Notes under the pieces: generated by a model | What the model was told of the DNA's origin: nothing | Databases searched by the model: none | Seen by the model: only the letters and a program-made list of their open reading frames with translations | NCBI GenBank assembly: GCA_019057475.1 | Contig: DXJO01000001.1 | Location: 1 to 64,000, forward strand | DNA length: 64,000 nt | Source: Candidatus Thorarchaeota archaeon | Lineage (GTDB): Archaea > Asgardarchaeota > Thorarchaeia > Thorarchaeales > Thorarchaeaceae | Direction of reading: 5' to 3' | Program-made: the position numbers and the translations under genes | Shown here: positions 1 to 9,320 of the stretch, piece by piece | Layout: every line of letters begins with the position of its first letter | Position numbering within the stretch: the stretch's first letter is position 1

Positions 1-1
1 C

Positions 2-2071
2 TCCACGAGTGATAACCACTTGCCCTTCAATGTACACAGCCACATAGATGATCATTGGGTTGCCAACAGCTTCCTCAAGTACTGTTTTTGTGTTGACGTC
101 AGTATGCACATCTGCGATGACCGCCATTTTTTCGTCAGCATCGGACATTAGCGGGTCATCTGCTGGTCGTGACGCTATGTAATCCAGCGTATCACCGCTA
201 TTCTTTATGATGTGAATCTCGGTTTCATTCAATGACTGTCCACTCAGCTCCTTAATCGAGATCTCCTGCATAGATCTGAGAAAATCATGAAGCGTATCAA
301 GTCTGGAACTCGTTGTCCCGGTTAAGAGAGAACGTTGGTCCAGCCCTGACTTCATCATGGCGCAGAGTGAGGCAAGGCGAGCATAGAGTCTAGGCACAGG
401 TTCCACATAGCCTATGGGGGGTGGTGGCGGGATACCTGTTGTTTCCACAGTGTAGGACTGCTTCGCGTAGAGTATTGTGTCATGACGCAATTCAGTCCAT
501 GAGCCAAGTGCGGTCATAAGCTGCTTATCGACCCAAGCCTCACTCTGCATGAAAGCTGGATACGCCTCTCCAGGATCGGTCAAGAGAGGAAGCAGAGAAT
601 ACAGCCAGAGGTAGTACAGGTTCTTCGTCCACTCCTGCGCTGATATCTCGTCGGTGACATTCCAGAGCAGCTCCATCTGCTCAACGTAGTTGACATAGTG
701 CTTCTGATCATCAAGAAGATCCCACGCTCTTTCTGAACCAAGGGCTGCCATCACATCAAGCCCCTTGGGCATTAGACGAGGCTGGAACTGCGTTCCAACG
801 TATATGTATACGAGTTGACCTAGGATATAGCTGTCTGGGATGAACCTTTGACCCATGAACCTGAGGCCCTTGGTCTGGTTGAAGTCTTCCGTGTCGTTTA
901 GGAGCGATGAGAGTATCAACGGGTCTCTGAACGTAAGGGCTTCTTGAATGAATTCATGAAGAAGCACATCATTATCGAGTTCCTGCAACTCGACCTCTTC
1001 GCCGTAGATTTCATGAACCAATGACAGGTACTCTGATGGCAAGAGATCATCAGCTGATCCCACGAAGAACACGGTAGGCTGGTAGATTGCATCCCAAATC
1101 TCATATCCGACGGCCCCTCCAGGAAGACCCGATACTTCATCTTCGAGGGCAAGGGACAGCAAGATAGCCTGGGTGGTTTCGTTCAATCCACGGTCGTTTG
1201 GCATTGTATCACCATCGGGAATCAGGTGGAATGAAACTCTTCCGAACCACATCATGGCCTTGAAGTAGCGTCCCAGGAGGTCGGTACGAGTGTAGTGCCC
1301 ACGTGGAACATACTGGCTGAAATCTTCACGATACCCCATGAACCATTGGTCTGAGAACCCTTCGTGCGCTTCTATCAAAGCCAACACCTGATCAACGGCA
1401 TCCTGCACCTCTCCGTGGACGGTCGTCTGGTTGTCCAGAAGGCTAAGCGCCACAGAGAAGAACATCACGTTTCTCAGAGCCGCATCCTGCCATCTTCCTT
1501 CAGGTGCTTGGACGTATTGAACATATGACGAGTCCGCAAGTGATTCCGTCAGATTGCCTAGCAGGCTCCAAAATGAGTACGTTTCGGCTTCACGAAGTGC
1601 AAGGTCGTACAGAACGTGAAATGCGTGCAGAACGGCGTCTGATGAAACAAAGCTTGGCAGATCGTTGTCGTCATTGTCCGAGAGAATCTCATGTATCTGC
1701 TTGAATTCCGATTGGGGCACAGCCACAAACCCGTTGGTCTCGATGAACTGACGGTCGTCCGCAGTCAACGTCGGAAAGAGACCCAGGTTTGCGATGTTAG
1801 TGAGACCGGGAGAAATCGAGTACTGCGGAGCGTTGGGGGTGAATTCCTCATTGTACGGAATGAAGTCTGCGAAGTCATTCTCCACAGTTTCAGTGATTGT
1901 GAAGACTAGAGCATTCGGGTGCCCGACGGGACTCGCAGGATTCCAGACACCACCCAAAAAGCTCAGGGTCAACACAAGACTAGCTGCAAGTAGAGTGGCA
2001 CCCAGACCACCTGCAAACATCTTGCGCTTTGTCTGACCATCAATAGCACGGATAAGAAAGGCAGGATTCAT
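2..2071 (-). CDS. DUF3160-family protein with N-terminal membrane anchor (3' end runs off the window)
   Basis: Not in the ORF track. Hand translation from ATG 2071 gives MNPAFL..., a hydrophobic segment, then FVSSDAVLHAFHVLYDLALRE, KGLRFMGQRFIPDSYIL and IADVHTD..VLEEAVG.PMIIYVAV, motifs typical of DUF3160. Confidence 0.8.
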   Translation of the reverse strand, partial: MNPAFLIRAIDGQTKRKMFAGGLGATLLAASLVLTLSFLGGVWNPASPVGHPNALVFTITETVENDFADFIPYNEEFTPNAPQYSISPGLTNIANLGLFPTLTADDRQFIETNGFVAVPQSEFKQIHEILSDNDDNDLPSFVSSDAVLHAFHVLYDLALREAETYSFWSLLGNLTESLADSSYVQYVQAPEGRWQDAALRNVMFFSVALSLLDNQTTVHGEVQDAVDQVLALIEAHEGFSDQWFMGYREDFSQYVPRGHYTRTDLLGRYFKAMMWFGRVSFHLIPDGDTMPNDRGLNETTQAILLSLALEDEVSGLPGGAVGYEIWDAIYQPTVFFVGSADDLLPSEYLSLVHEIYGEEVELQELDNDVLLHEFIQEALTFRDPLILSSLLNDTEDFNQTKGLRFMGQRFIPDSYILGQLVYIYVGTQFQPRLMPKGLDVMAALGSERAWDLLDDQKHYVNYVEQMELLWNVTDEISAQEWTKNLYYLWLYSLLPLLTDPGEAYPAFMQSEAWVDKQLMTALGSWTELRHDTILYAKQSYTVETTGIPPPPPIGYVEPVPRLYARLASLCAMMKSGLDQRSLLTGTTSSRLDTLHDFLRSMQEISIKELSGQSLNETEIHIIKNSGDTLDYIASRPADDPLMSDADEKMAVIADVHTDVNTKTVLEEAVGNPMIIYVAVYIEGQVVITRG

Positions 2072-2238
2072 GTTCTCTTCAAGGAATCATTTGTACTTAA
2101 TACCACGAATTAGAACAGGCTGTACAGGAAGTAGAACAGGAATTGAATACCCAGTTCAGTCGGGACCAGTGCTCGATGCTTGCAAGGCAACAGATTAATT
2201 GAACAGGCGTTTCTGTGTTATATGGCACATAGCACCTC

Positions 2239-2260
2239 AGAGTTGGCGCGCGCCAACTCT
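2239..2260. repeat. Perfect 22-bp palindrome AGAGTTGGCGCGCGCCAACTCT
   Basis: Sequence equals its own reverse complement; intergenic. Confidence 0.9.
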
Positions 2261-2308
2261 CCACTTGGAAAGCTCGGCATCAATTAGAATACCCTAGTTC
2301 CTTGGAAC

Positions 2309-2473
2309 TTAGCCCTTCTCTCGATAGGACGCCTCGATCTCCTCAAAGCGGCGTCGCATTGCGTCCTTGACGAACTCTGGATATGTAGTGTATCCGAGGT
2401 TATGCTTCTTGTTAATCTCTTCAAATCTCCTGCGGAACCCCAAGGGGATCTTCAGATTGTCATATTCGGGCAT
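2309..2473 (-). CDS. Small ribbon-helix-helix (CopG/Arc-like) DNA-binding protein, 54 aa
   Basis: Hand translation MPEYDNLKIPLGFRRRFEEINKKHNLGYTTYPEFVKDAMRRRFEEIEASYREKG; beta-strand, helix, GY.T..EFVKDA.R helix pattern. Confidence 0.75.
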   Translation of the reverse strand: MPEYDNLKIPLGFRRRFEEINKKHNLGYTTYPEFVKDAMRRRFEEIEASYREKG

Positions 2474-2494
2474 GGTCTACGAGTGGCGTATCTA

Positions 2495-2562
2495 TGGATT
2501 ATGTCTTATAGAGCTTGGCTTATCCATGAGTGGATAAACATTTATTAGCTATTGGTGGATAA
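2495..2562. promoter_or_regulatory. Operator-like repeat cluster between divergent RHH genes
   Basis: TTATCCA-TGAG-TGGATAA palindrome at 2520-2537, extra TGGATAA at 2556-2562 and TGGATTA at 2495-2501, with AT-rich TATA-like boxes interleaved. Confidence 0.65.
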
Positions 2563-2572
2563 TATATGTACC

Positions 2573-2725
2573 ATGACCGAGTACAGAAACATCAAGATAC
2601 CAGTCCCGCTCGCCGATATCATTGATGGTCTAATCCAGGGTGGAGAATACTCCTCACGTGCCGAGTACGTGAAGGAGGCAATACGGAACGACCTGCGAAA
2701 GCGTGGACTTCTCGGAGGAAGCTAG
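2573..2725 (+). CDS. Small ribbon-helix-helix (CopG/Arc/MetJ-like) protein, 50 aa
   Basis: Hand translation MTEYRNIKIPVPLADIIDGLIQGGEYSSRAEYVKEAIRNDLRKRGLLGGS; classic IDxLV..G.Y.SRAE.V.EAIR signature. Confidence 0.85.
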   Translation: MTEYRNIKIPVPLADIIDGLIQGGEYSSRAEYVKEAIRNDLRKRGLLGGS

Positions 2726-2769
2726 ATGCATTTTGAACCGAGCGACATAGCAACTGGACGTGAGGCCCT

Positions 2770-3084
2770 TCAGGAGTTCCTTGTTCCAGAGAGGATCAGT
2801 GTCAACGCAATGGTCCAGAACAGGATTGCTTCTCGTCCATTATCTGTGAGTGCATACATCCCATCGTTGTTCAGATGGATCAATGTCAAGAGTTTGCTGA
2901 TATGATGCTGAAGATTCTCGCTGCTAGATATGCTCAATTTGCGTTTCAACTCAGCGAAACCATGTGCTCGTTCTCGCAGGAAGAATAGAATTCTGATCCT
3001 TGTATTATGAGAGATAGTTTCAAAGAGAGAAGCTTCAGACATACCATCATTAGCGTTCCCGTTGTCAGCATGCGAAGATGTCAT
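2770..3084 (-). pseudogene. ArsR-like winged-helix regulator, probably C-terminally truncated or chimeric
   Basis: LFETISHNTRIRIL...FAELKRKLSISSSENLQHHISKL...YALTDNGREA followed by an unrelated-looking tail. Confidence 0.6.
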
Positions 3085-3573
3085 GATTACCTGCCTACTG
3101 TCAAAACATGCACGCAGTCATATAATACCCCGTTACGGGACTACCTTAGAACAACTCGCTGGGATTTGAAAGAAGGTACTGTAGCCACACCCAACCCGCA
3201 AAACAGATTCAAAGCCTGTCTGAAGCGAGTTATCCTGATAGTAACACTATCATTCAGCCATAGTTATCTTATAGTGATCAGTATCCGTGTATGAATTCTG
3301 CATCACATCACCGAATGGAACTGTAGCGACTTCTACGTCCGCCATATCAGTGAATTTCGTCCAATACGGATCTGCAACCACATTAGGTAATCGGCAGAAA
3401 GATTATAAAAATACTTACCAAAAAAATTGAACGTTTAAATCGTCCATTATCTACTGACTTATATTGCTTCGCATTCACGCCGATGTATCATGAATGATGA
3501 TATGAAAGTCAAGGATGCCACTGTGGCAGTCATGATTTCCCTTGCTTATGCATCTGGATGAAGGTGAGAACAG

Positions 3574-3855
3574 ATGAAGTTTGAGGACTACACGAAACTG
3601 GGCGAGTTGTTGAAGGAGGCTAGGGCAATCCTGTTCAGTCATAAGATCCCTCCAAAGGCAAAGCCTCTTACCAGACACCGCCAAGCGGCTATCAAGGGAC
3701 TGGACAGCGCCAGACATCATGCTGACGAGATGCTTTACCTAGAACATCCAAGAGTGGCTGCTGGCGATGTGTTCTATTTCAACGAGCCACCACCAGATGT
3801 GATTGAGGCACGATGTCAACTGGCTGACTCCAATCAGGGAGAACACGACCCATGA
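3574..3855 (+). CDS. Hypothetical protein, 93 aa
   Basis: ATG start preceded by GGTGA RBS; protein-like composition; no family recognised. Confidence 0.55.
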   Translation: MKFEDYTKLGELLKEARAILFSHKIPPKAKPLTRHRQAAIKGLDSARHHADEMLYLEHPRVAAGDVFYFNEPPPDVIEARCQLADSNQGEHDP

Positions 3856-4336
3856 GCAGACTCGGGAAGAAGAGGGCAAGGAAGAGAACAAGGCCCACAG
3901 ATAGGGTCCCAGTGATGTCTGAGAGGTCATCTGGAGCTGCCATCCCACAGAGGCAGCCTCAGCTCAGAATAGACCTCATCACTACAGCGGCAGCTATTAT
4001 GTAGTTCATGGTGCCAAGCAGCAAAGCGGAGTCCTAGTTTCCTCATCTCGGGATTAAGAGCAAAAAGACGAAACGGCCGATTGAGCTTTTCGAGAAAATC
4101 AGGCATTGAAGGGTACTCGCGAAGAACTCAAGCAAAGGCGATGTATGCAGATCCTCGTGCATAAGTGAAATGCTAGTAGACAGTCTGTCGAATTCAAAGA
4201 ACTTCGGTGCGCCAAATTCATCGGTACATTTCAGGATGATTCTATCCAAACCTTTTCACTCCCGCCCTAAATCAAGGGCAAATCCTTTTTTTTAACCTGT
4301 CTTTGCTTCTCGAGAAGTTATACTTACAAATTCATA

Positions 4337-4876
4337 CTATTCTGTGTCAGCATAGAATCGTTCATCTCGGGGCATAGTTAGATACTCCCAAGAATCAGAC
4401 ACAATATGCCTTGTAAGGAAGACTATTTGACCTATATGAAACGAGTAGTGTGTTAGCTGCCACCCTATTGCTTCTAGGACAGAATAGCGTTTCTTCCTGA
4501 TGAACACGCTTTTCATTAGGTCATTAGGTGTCAGTCCGGAAAGTGCATCAAAAACACATGCCCAGCCATCCTCCCAAGTCTTCAACAGTTCGTCTTTGGA
4601 TGCTCTGAAAGTTTGGTCAAATTCACCGGGTCTGTCCCGGGAAGGTTTCTCCCCATCAGTTGTCAGAAAATCTGTCCATCTAGATTTCATATTTCCCGCA
4701 AGATGCCGAATCAATATCGCGATGCTATTAGATTCCTCATCCAGAAGAAGAAACAAATCCTCCTCATTTTTCACTTGGTTGAAAGCCCTCTCTGCCTTCA
4801 GCTTCAGATATCGAAAGCGTTTCATGACATAATCAAGGAAGTGCTGGCCAACCGAAACTGTGGAACTATCACTCAT
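4337..4876 (-). CDS. DinB/DUF1572-family protein
   Basis: NSIAILIRHLAGNMKSRWTDFLTTDGEKPSRDRPGEF and QLTHYSFHIGQIV motifs; likely start MSDSST (ORF track extends to 4939). Confidence 0.85.
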   Translation of the reverse strand: MSDSSTVSVGQHFLDYVMKRFRYLKLKAERAFNQVKNEEDLFLLLDEESNSIAILIRHLAGNMKSRWTDFLTTDGEKPSRDRPGEFDQTFRASKDELLKTWEDGWACVFDALSGLTPNDLMKSVFIRKKRYSVLEAIGWQLTHYSFHIGQIVFLTRHIVSDSWEYLTMPRDERFYADTE

Positions 4877-5813
4877 ATTGACAAGTTTACCATACACAAT
4901 AAAAAAAGTGTTTTCAAACTGGTGACTAGCTATAGCCAATGCCCTGTCATCCTTTTAGGAGTCTTCTAAACTCAAGAGTCTTCTCAATAGTGAACACGCC
5001 CGATACCAAGTCTGGGACTGCTTGAAACAATGACGAAAACCAAATATGAAGATTAACTTGACGGTGTGCAAAATTGCTGGAAAACATCTTCTTCGCACAA
5101 TACCTAGAATTGGTTCAAGGAGTTGAATCAGGAATGAGCAATTGCCGGGGAAATGGGAATGAGAGAAGGAGTCAGAAAAAGAAGTGCACAGTCTGGTCTC
5201 GCCAGAGTGAATAGGCTTCCTGTTTCATTGGGAACATGTGGCGACATCTGGTCATGCTCGAAACATCTCGATGAATTCATGCAACTGATGAAGAAGACAG
5301 CGAGGAAGGCGACAGCAAGTGCTTGACCCGTTCGACTGTCTCTGCTTCCTCGTCTATGCAGTCATTATCGCGATTGCGTGCTTTTCCTACGGATACAAGA
5401 GAGGCATCGAAGTCTTTTCGATGGAGGTCTACCAAATCTAACCATGCCGTCACGGAGGAATTTCAAGCCGCTATTGCATTTCATTCAGGGTCATGGAAGA
5501 AATAGTGACCTTCGAAAAGCTTAGTCTGTATCACGAATGGAATTTGGACTGGGCATTACTGGCCTGGTGGGGCTCCCAGAATATGAAAATGGAACGCTCA
5601 AGGTGTCTGGCCTCAGGAGAGCGGGCATTTGCAAACTCCAATCAGGGACCTCTCCGATGCCATAACGCAGGTTGTTGCGTATCCCCAGCCAACCTGAACG
5701 AGGATGGAGGTTCATAACTCTTGAACCCTGACCGGCTCTAGGTACCTGGTGAACCCTACCATTCTAGGCACCGACAGTATTAAAGCAGTCATTACGTGTT
5801 TCGAGTGGTGACC

Positions 5814-6407
5814 ATGCCAGACATCAAGGAGAGTTTCGTGAGGGCTACTCCATATGAGCGCAGGATTGAGCTGCCTTATTGTTGTGTTCCTGCGGTTCTC
5901 CAAATGGTGCTCGAACGACGCCGGTTGCCAGTTCCAGAACAGGAGTCGATTGGAAATGAGCTGGGGTTGATAGTCCCTGAGGACGCAGCCCGCCATTTCG
6001 GTTGGGTTCGGACAGGTCAAAAGCCACAATCGGGATGGGGAACACAGACAAGGCTGGAAGAATTTTCGATTCAGCGCTATTTCAATCGGCACCATCTACC
6101 ACTTCAGATCGTTCGTTATCTTCCAGGCGAGATCTCGAATCTGCAAGAAGCCTTGGTTAGTCACCTAGAACAGAATAATGATGTAGTCTTGGTCGTTGAT
6201 CAACGCAAGCTTGTGGAACAAGGTGATGAGGAGCATGTTGTTCTAGTGCAAGGCTTGGACGGGGAATCGGTGCTACTTGTTGATCCAGCCAAAACCCGTC
6301 CTGACCTCTGTACAGTATCATTAGTCCAACTGACCGAGGCCATCGTTGAAGTATGGTCGATATCAGGCAAAGAAATCTTGAAAAGCTCTAGTCAACAGAC
6401 TCCTTGA
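5814..6407 (+). CDS. Peptidase C39-like (papain-fold) protein
   Basis: YCCVPAVLQMVL (catalytic Cys), HVVLVQG (His) and LLVDPA (Asp) pattern. Confidence 0.65.
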   Translation: MPDIKESFVRATPYERRIELPYCCVPAVLQMVLERRRLPVPEQESIGNELGLIVPEDAARHFGWVRTGQKPQSGWGTQTRLEEFSIQRYFNRHHLPLQIVRYLPGEISNLQEALVSHLEQNNDVVLVVDQRKLVEQGDEEHVVLVQGLDGESVLLVDPAKTRPDLCTVSLVQLTEAIVEVWSISGKEILKSSSQQTP

Positions 6408-6663
6408 CATGCGAATTGAGTCGGAGTCCTGGGCATTCTCAATGCTGTGATTTCTACCCAGAGGAAGGGAACAGCCATGGACATGTGTTGGAGAGTACCA
6501 GTCCAAGTTTCGAGGATGAGGAACACTTGGAGGAGGGAGAGAGGGCCAGTCAGAAGGGCAGTGACCCAACACAACCATACGTAGCGGTGCCAGAAAGGGT
6601 CTGCGTAGACTCGAGGGACCCTGGCAACAGGCACTAGAATCATCAGACGAGAGTCCGAGTTTT

Positions 6664-7489
6664 TTGATTGCTATTGAGAAGCCCGAGCTATATCAACAGC
6701 CTAACAGACAATGGCACATGGCGAAGGTCTTTCTCAAACTGGCCTCGGGAGGCTTAGAGGGGGTTGCTCAAAGCACGCAGGTCCCATATAGTACCCACTC
6801 GCCCCTCTTCGTCGACATCAGACGATTCAACAATGTCAGAAGACTGTGCAAAGTTCCATCCATACCAGGGGAGCCAAAGAAGACGACTGTGGTTTCGACC
6901 ACACTTGATGAAGTGGCTGCAACAATCGGGAAGGCGGATGGACAGATTGAGGGAGAATACAGTGGTGCTACTCTCCAGCCAAGACTCCAAACGTTGATGA
7001 CTCCATGGATGAACGAGGGGTTCTTTGCCGATGTCGCGGTCTTGCTTGAAGGAGGAACTAAAGGACCGTTACCGCCAGTCGGATTTGATGATTTTGTACT
7101 TCATGCTGATATTCAATAATGGTGCGAAGGACTGGGTCCACAGAACACGTACTGGATGGGACAAATCGAAGAACATGGCAGATGAGGGCTTCTCTCCCGA
7201 ATGGCATCACTTCTTCCCGAAGAACGTTCTCAGAAGACATGGCTATGATGAGGACCTAATGAATGCCTTCTCCAATATCACAATGCTCACTGAAAAGCAG
7301 CGCGCCTTTAGAACAAATCCCAAGGAATATGAGGCAGAATAGGGGCTTCCGAAGCGCTATCTGAAGCAGCAGTTCATTTCAGGTGACGAATCATTCCTGA
7401 GCCCGAGGAAGTACAAAGGGTTTCTGGATGAACGGACCACAATGCTGGCTAGGGAAATGAATGAGTTTCTTCGAAAGCTACGCGGGTAG
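6664..7489 (+). pseudogene. Remnant of a GmrSD-like (DUF262/DUF1524) modification-dependent restriction gene
   Basis: EWHHFFPK...NAFSNITMLTE (HNH-like DUF1524 motif); frame continues past TAG 7340-7342 as GLPKRYLKQQFI...YKGFLDERTTMLAREMNEFL; upstream part frameshifted. Confidence 0.6.
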
Positions 7490-7889
7490 AGTGCAAAACA
7501 ATGTCGGTTGCGTCATCTTGAAGATGGTGGACGAAATAGAGGGATGCGCGGGGCTCTTTGATAGCTGATACTAAGGAAACGCAACCTTCAGGAGCGGGCA
7601 AGATTGTCCTGAGGATACCATGTGTACTGAAAAGCGTTCTCTTTACATTGAGTTTATCCACGGTATTGGGAGAACGGTCACAAGAAAATGGAGGGATTAT
7701 TTAGGTGACATATCCAGCCGGATTGGATTCTTCAGAACGAGAGATTGGAATCGTGATATTCCTAGCACTCTCTGTCGCTGGAAGTGATACGTCAGCAGTA
7801 AGACAGGAGAAAGAAGCCAGGTCTGTGGGAAGGATCCTTGGGTTTCTGCTGGGCCTTGCTTCGGAGGAGGATGCACTGGAGAATATTCC

Positions 7890-8182
7890 CGAAGAAACTC
7901 CCTTCTGAGCGAAGTATGTCAAACACTGAGGAGAATATGTCTTCTCCAAGATGAATAGCTGGAGTTTTCCCATTGAGGAACTCATCGGGAAAACCGAGAA
8001 GGGTCTTATGAGCGGCATTCTGCTTGATGTACACGCCTTCCGAGTTCAGAATAGCAATCGTGTCGTTTGAGCACGTGAAGATTTCCTCGTATAATGTTTC
8101 ATGAATCGTACCTTTGCCAGTCGACTTACCATTGTCAAGGTTCTTCTTTCGTTGGGCACCTCTCTCTTGGTTTGCCAGTCAT
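7890..8182 (-). pseudogene. PAS-domain sensor fragment
   Basis: LYEEIFTCSNDTIAILNSEGVYIKQNAAHKTLLGFPDEFLNGK is a PAS signature; out of frame with ATG 8182 and truncated. Confidence 0.6.
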
Positions 8183-8280
8183 AATATTCCTACACCATTG
8201 GATGACTATTGTAGAGTAAAATGTAATTATGGAATGAGCGCTTATTAGAGTTAGCCAGAGAACACAGACTGTAGGTCTGG

Positions 8281-8760
8281 CTAGGTAGGAATCCACTTCC
8301 TCACATTCTTCTTGTACTTAAGGAACTCGTCACCGAATCTCTCCTCTAGTTTCTTCTCCTCATAGTTTGCTAGTGTATTATAGAAGGCGAAGATGATTAA
8401 CCAAACACCAATTGACGCAAGAGAGAAAGTTGCTATGGCAAGGCCAAGATAGAAGAGATGGGTTCCAAGGTACATTGGGTGCCGGACTCGCCCAAAGATT
8501 CCTGTTGTCGCTAGACCTTCCCTATGGGCATCAAGGAGATCCTTATGAGATGCGTTCATGAAATACGCAGCCACTACAATGACTACAGCTCCCAATCCAA
8601 TAAATATCCAGAAAAAGGTCAAGTTCCAGAGAAATGTCGTGACTCGCAGAAGAAATGAGTCTAGAATCCACACCACCAAAAATACAATCATCAGAATCAT
8701 CTGATATCTGTGACTCCCTGACATCTCTCCTGTTAAGTGGTCATGACTATATCCAGGCAT
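8281..8760 (-). CDS. Isoprenylcysteine carboxyl methyltransferase / PEMT-family membrane protein
   Basis: L.TTGIFGRVRHPMYLG and EEKKLEERFGDEFLKYKKNVRKWIP motifs; several TM helices. Confidence 0.9.
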   Translation of the reverse strand: MPGYSHDHLTGEMSGSHRYQMILMIVFLVVWILDSFLLRVTTFLWNLTFFWIFIGLGAVVIVVAAYFMNASHKDLLDAHREGLATTGIFGRVRHPMYLGTHLFYLGLAIATFSLASIGVWLIIFAFYNTLANYEEKKLEERFGDEFLKYKKNVRKWIPT

Positions 8761-8925
8761 AATGAATCATCCTAACATAGCTGAGGTTGCTTTTGTGGTT
8801 GATGATTCATAATGATATTAATCAACAAAGCGGTCACAGCATCCACCATATCTTGGTCCAAGGAATACTCATATTAGCTGTCTCGGGTACAAGCGACAAT
8901 GCACCCACAATGATCATGGTTCAAC

Positions 8926-9295
8926 ATGCAAAGATGTTTCTCCAATGACTACGAAACTCTCTTTGGGTCGGCCCCTAACACTAGCATCATTGAGATATAC
9001 CTTGTAGCAGAATCAGAAACCGGTGGACGAATAGAGATACTGTTTGATGACTTTTATCTCTACGGAGACCCGACACCTGACGTGCACAGCGTGGTGCATT
9101 CTCCCAGCAGTCCCGAAGCTGATGATGCTGTTGAGGTTACGGCTATCGCCATCGATCCAAGCCTGGACACCGTTAGGCTTTACTACAGGGTTGATGAAGG
9201 GTCTTGGACCAATCTGGAGATGAGTTTAATAGTAGACGACAGCTATAACGCATCCATTCCTGGGCAGCCAGAGGATTCAGTGGTTGAATACATTT
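8926..9295 (+). pseudogene. Internal fragment of an extracellular Ig-like protein
   Basis: VEVTA.AID....VRLYYRVDEGSWTNLEM....YNASIPGQ...VVEY beta-sandwich motif; no N-terminus; breaks off at about 9295. Confidence 0.55.
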
Positions 9296-9320
9296 TCTTA
9301 AGTAAATGTTTTTGCCATCT

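Noticed and set aside
2520-2562. DnaA boxes / bacterial oriC (GTGGATAA resembles TGTGGATAA)
   Set aside because: Archaeal context, only 8/9 matches, and better explained as RHH operators.
4950-5790. Short ORFs between the DinB-like and C39 genes
   Set aside because: No recognisable motifs; probably decayed sequence.
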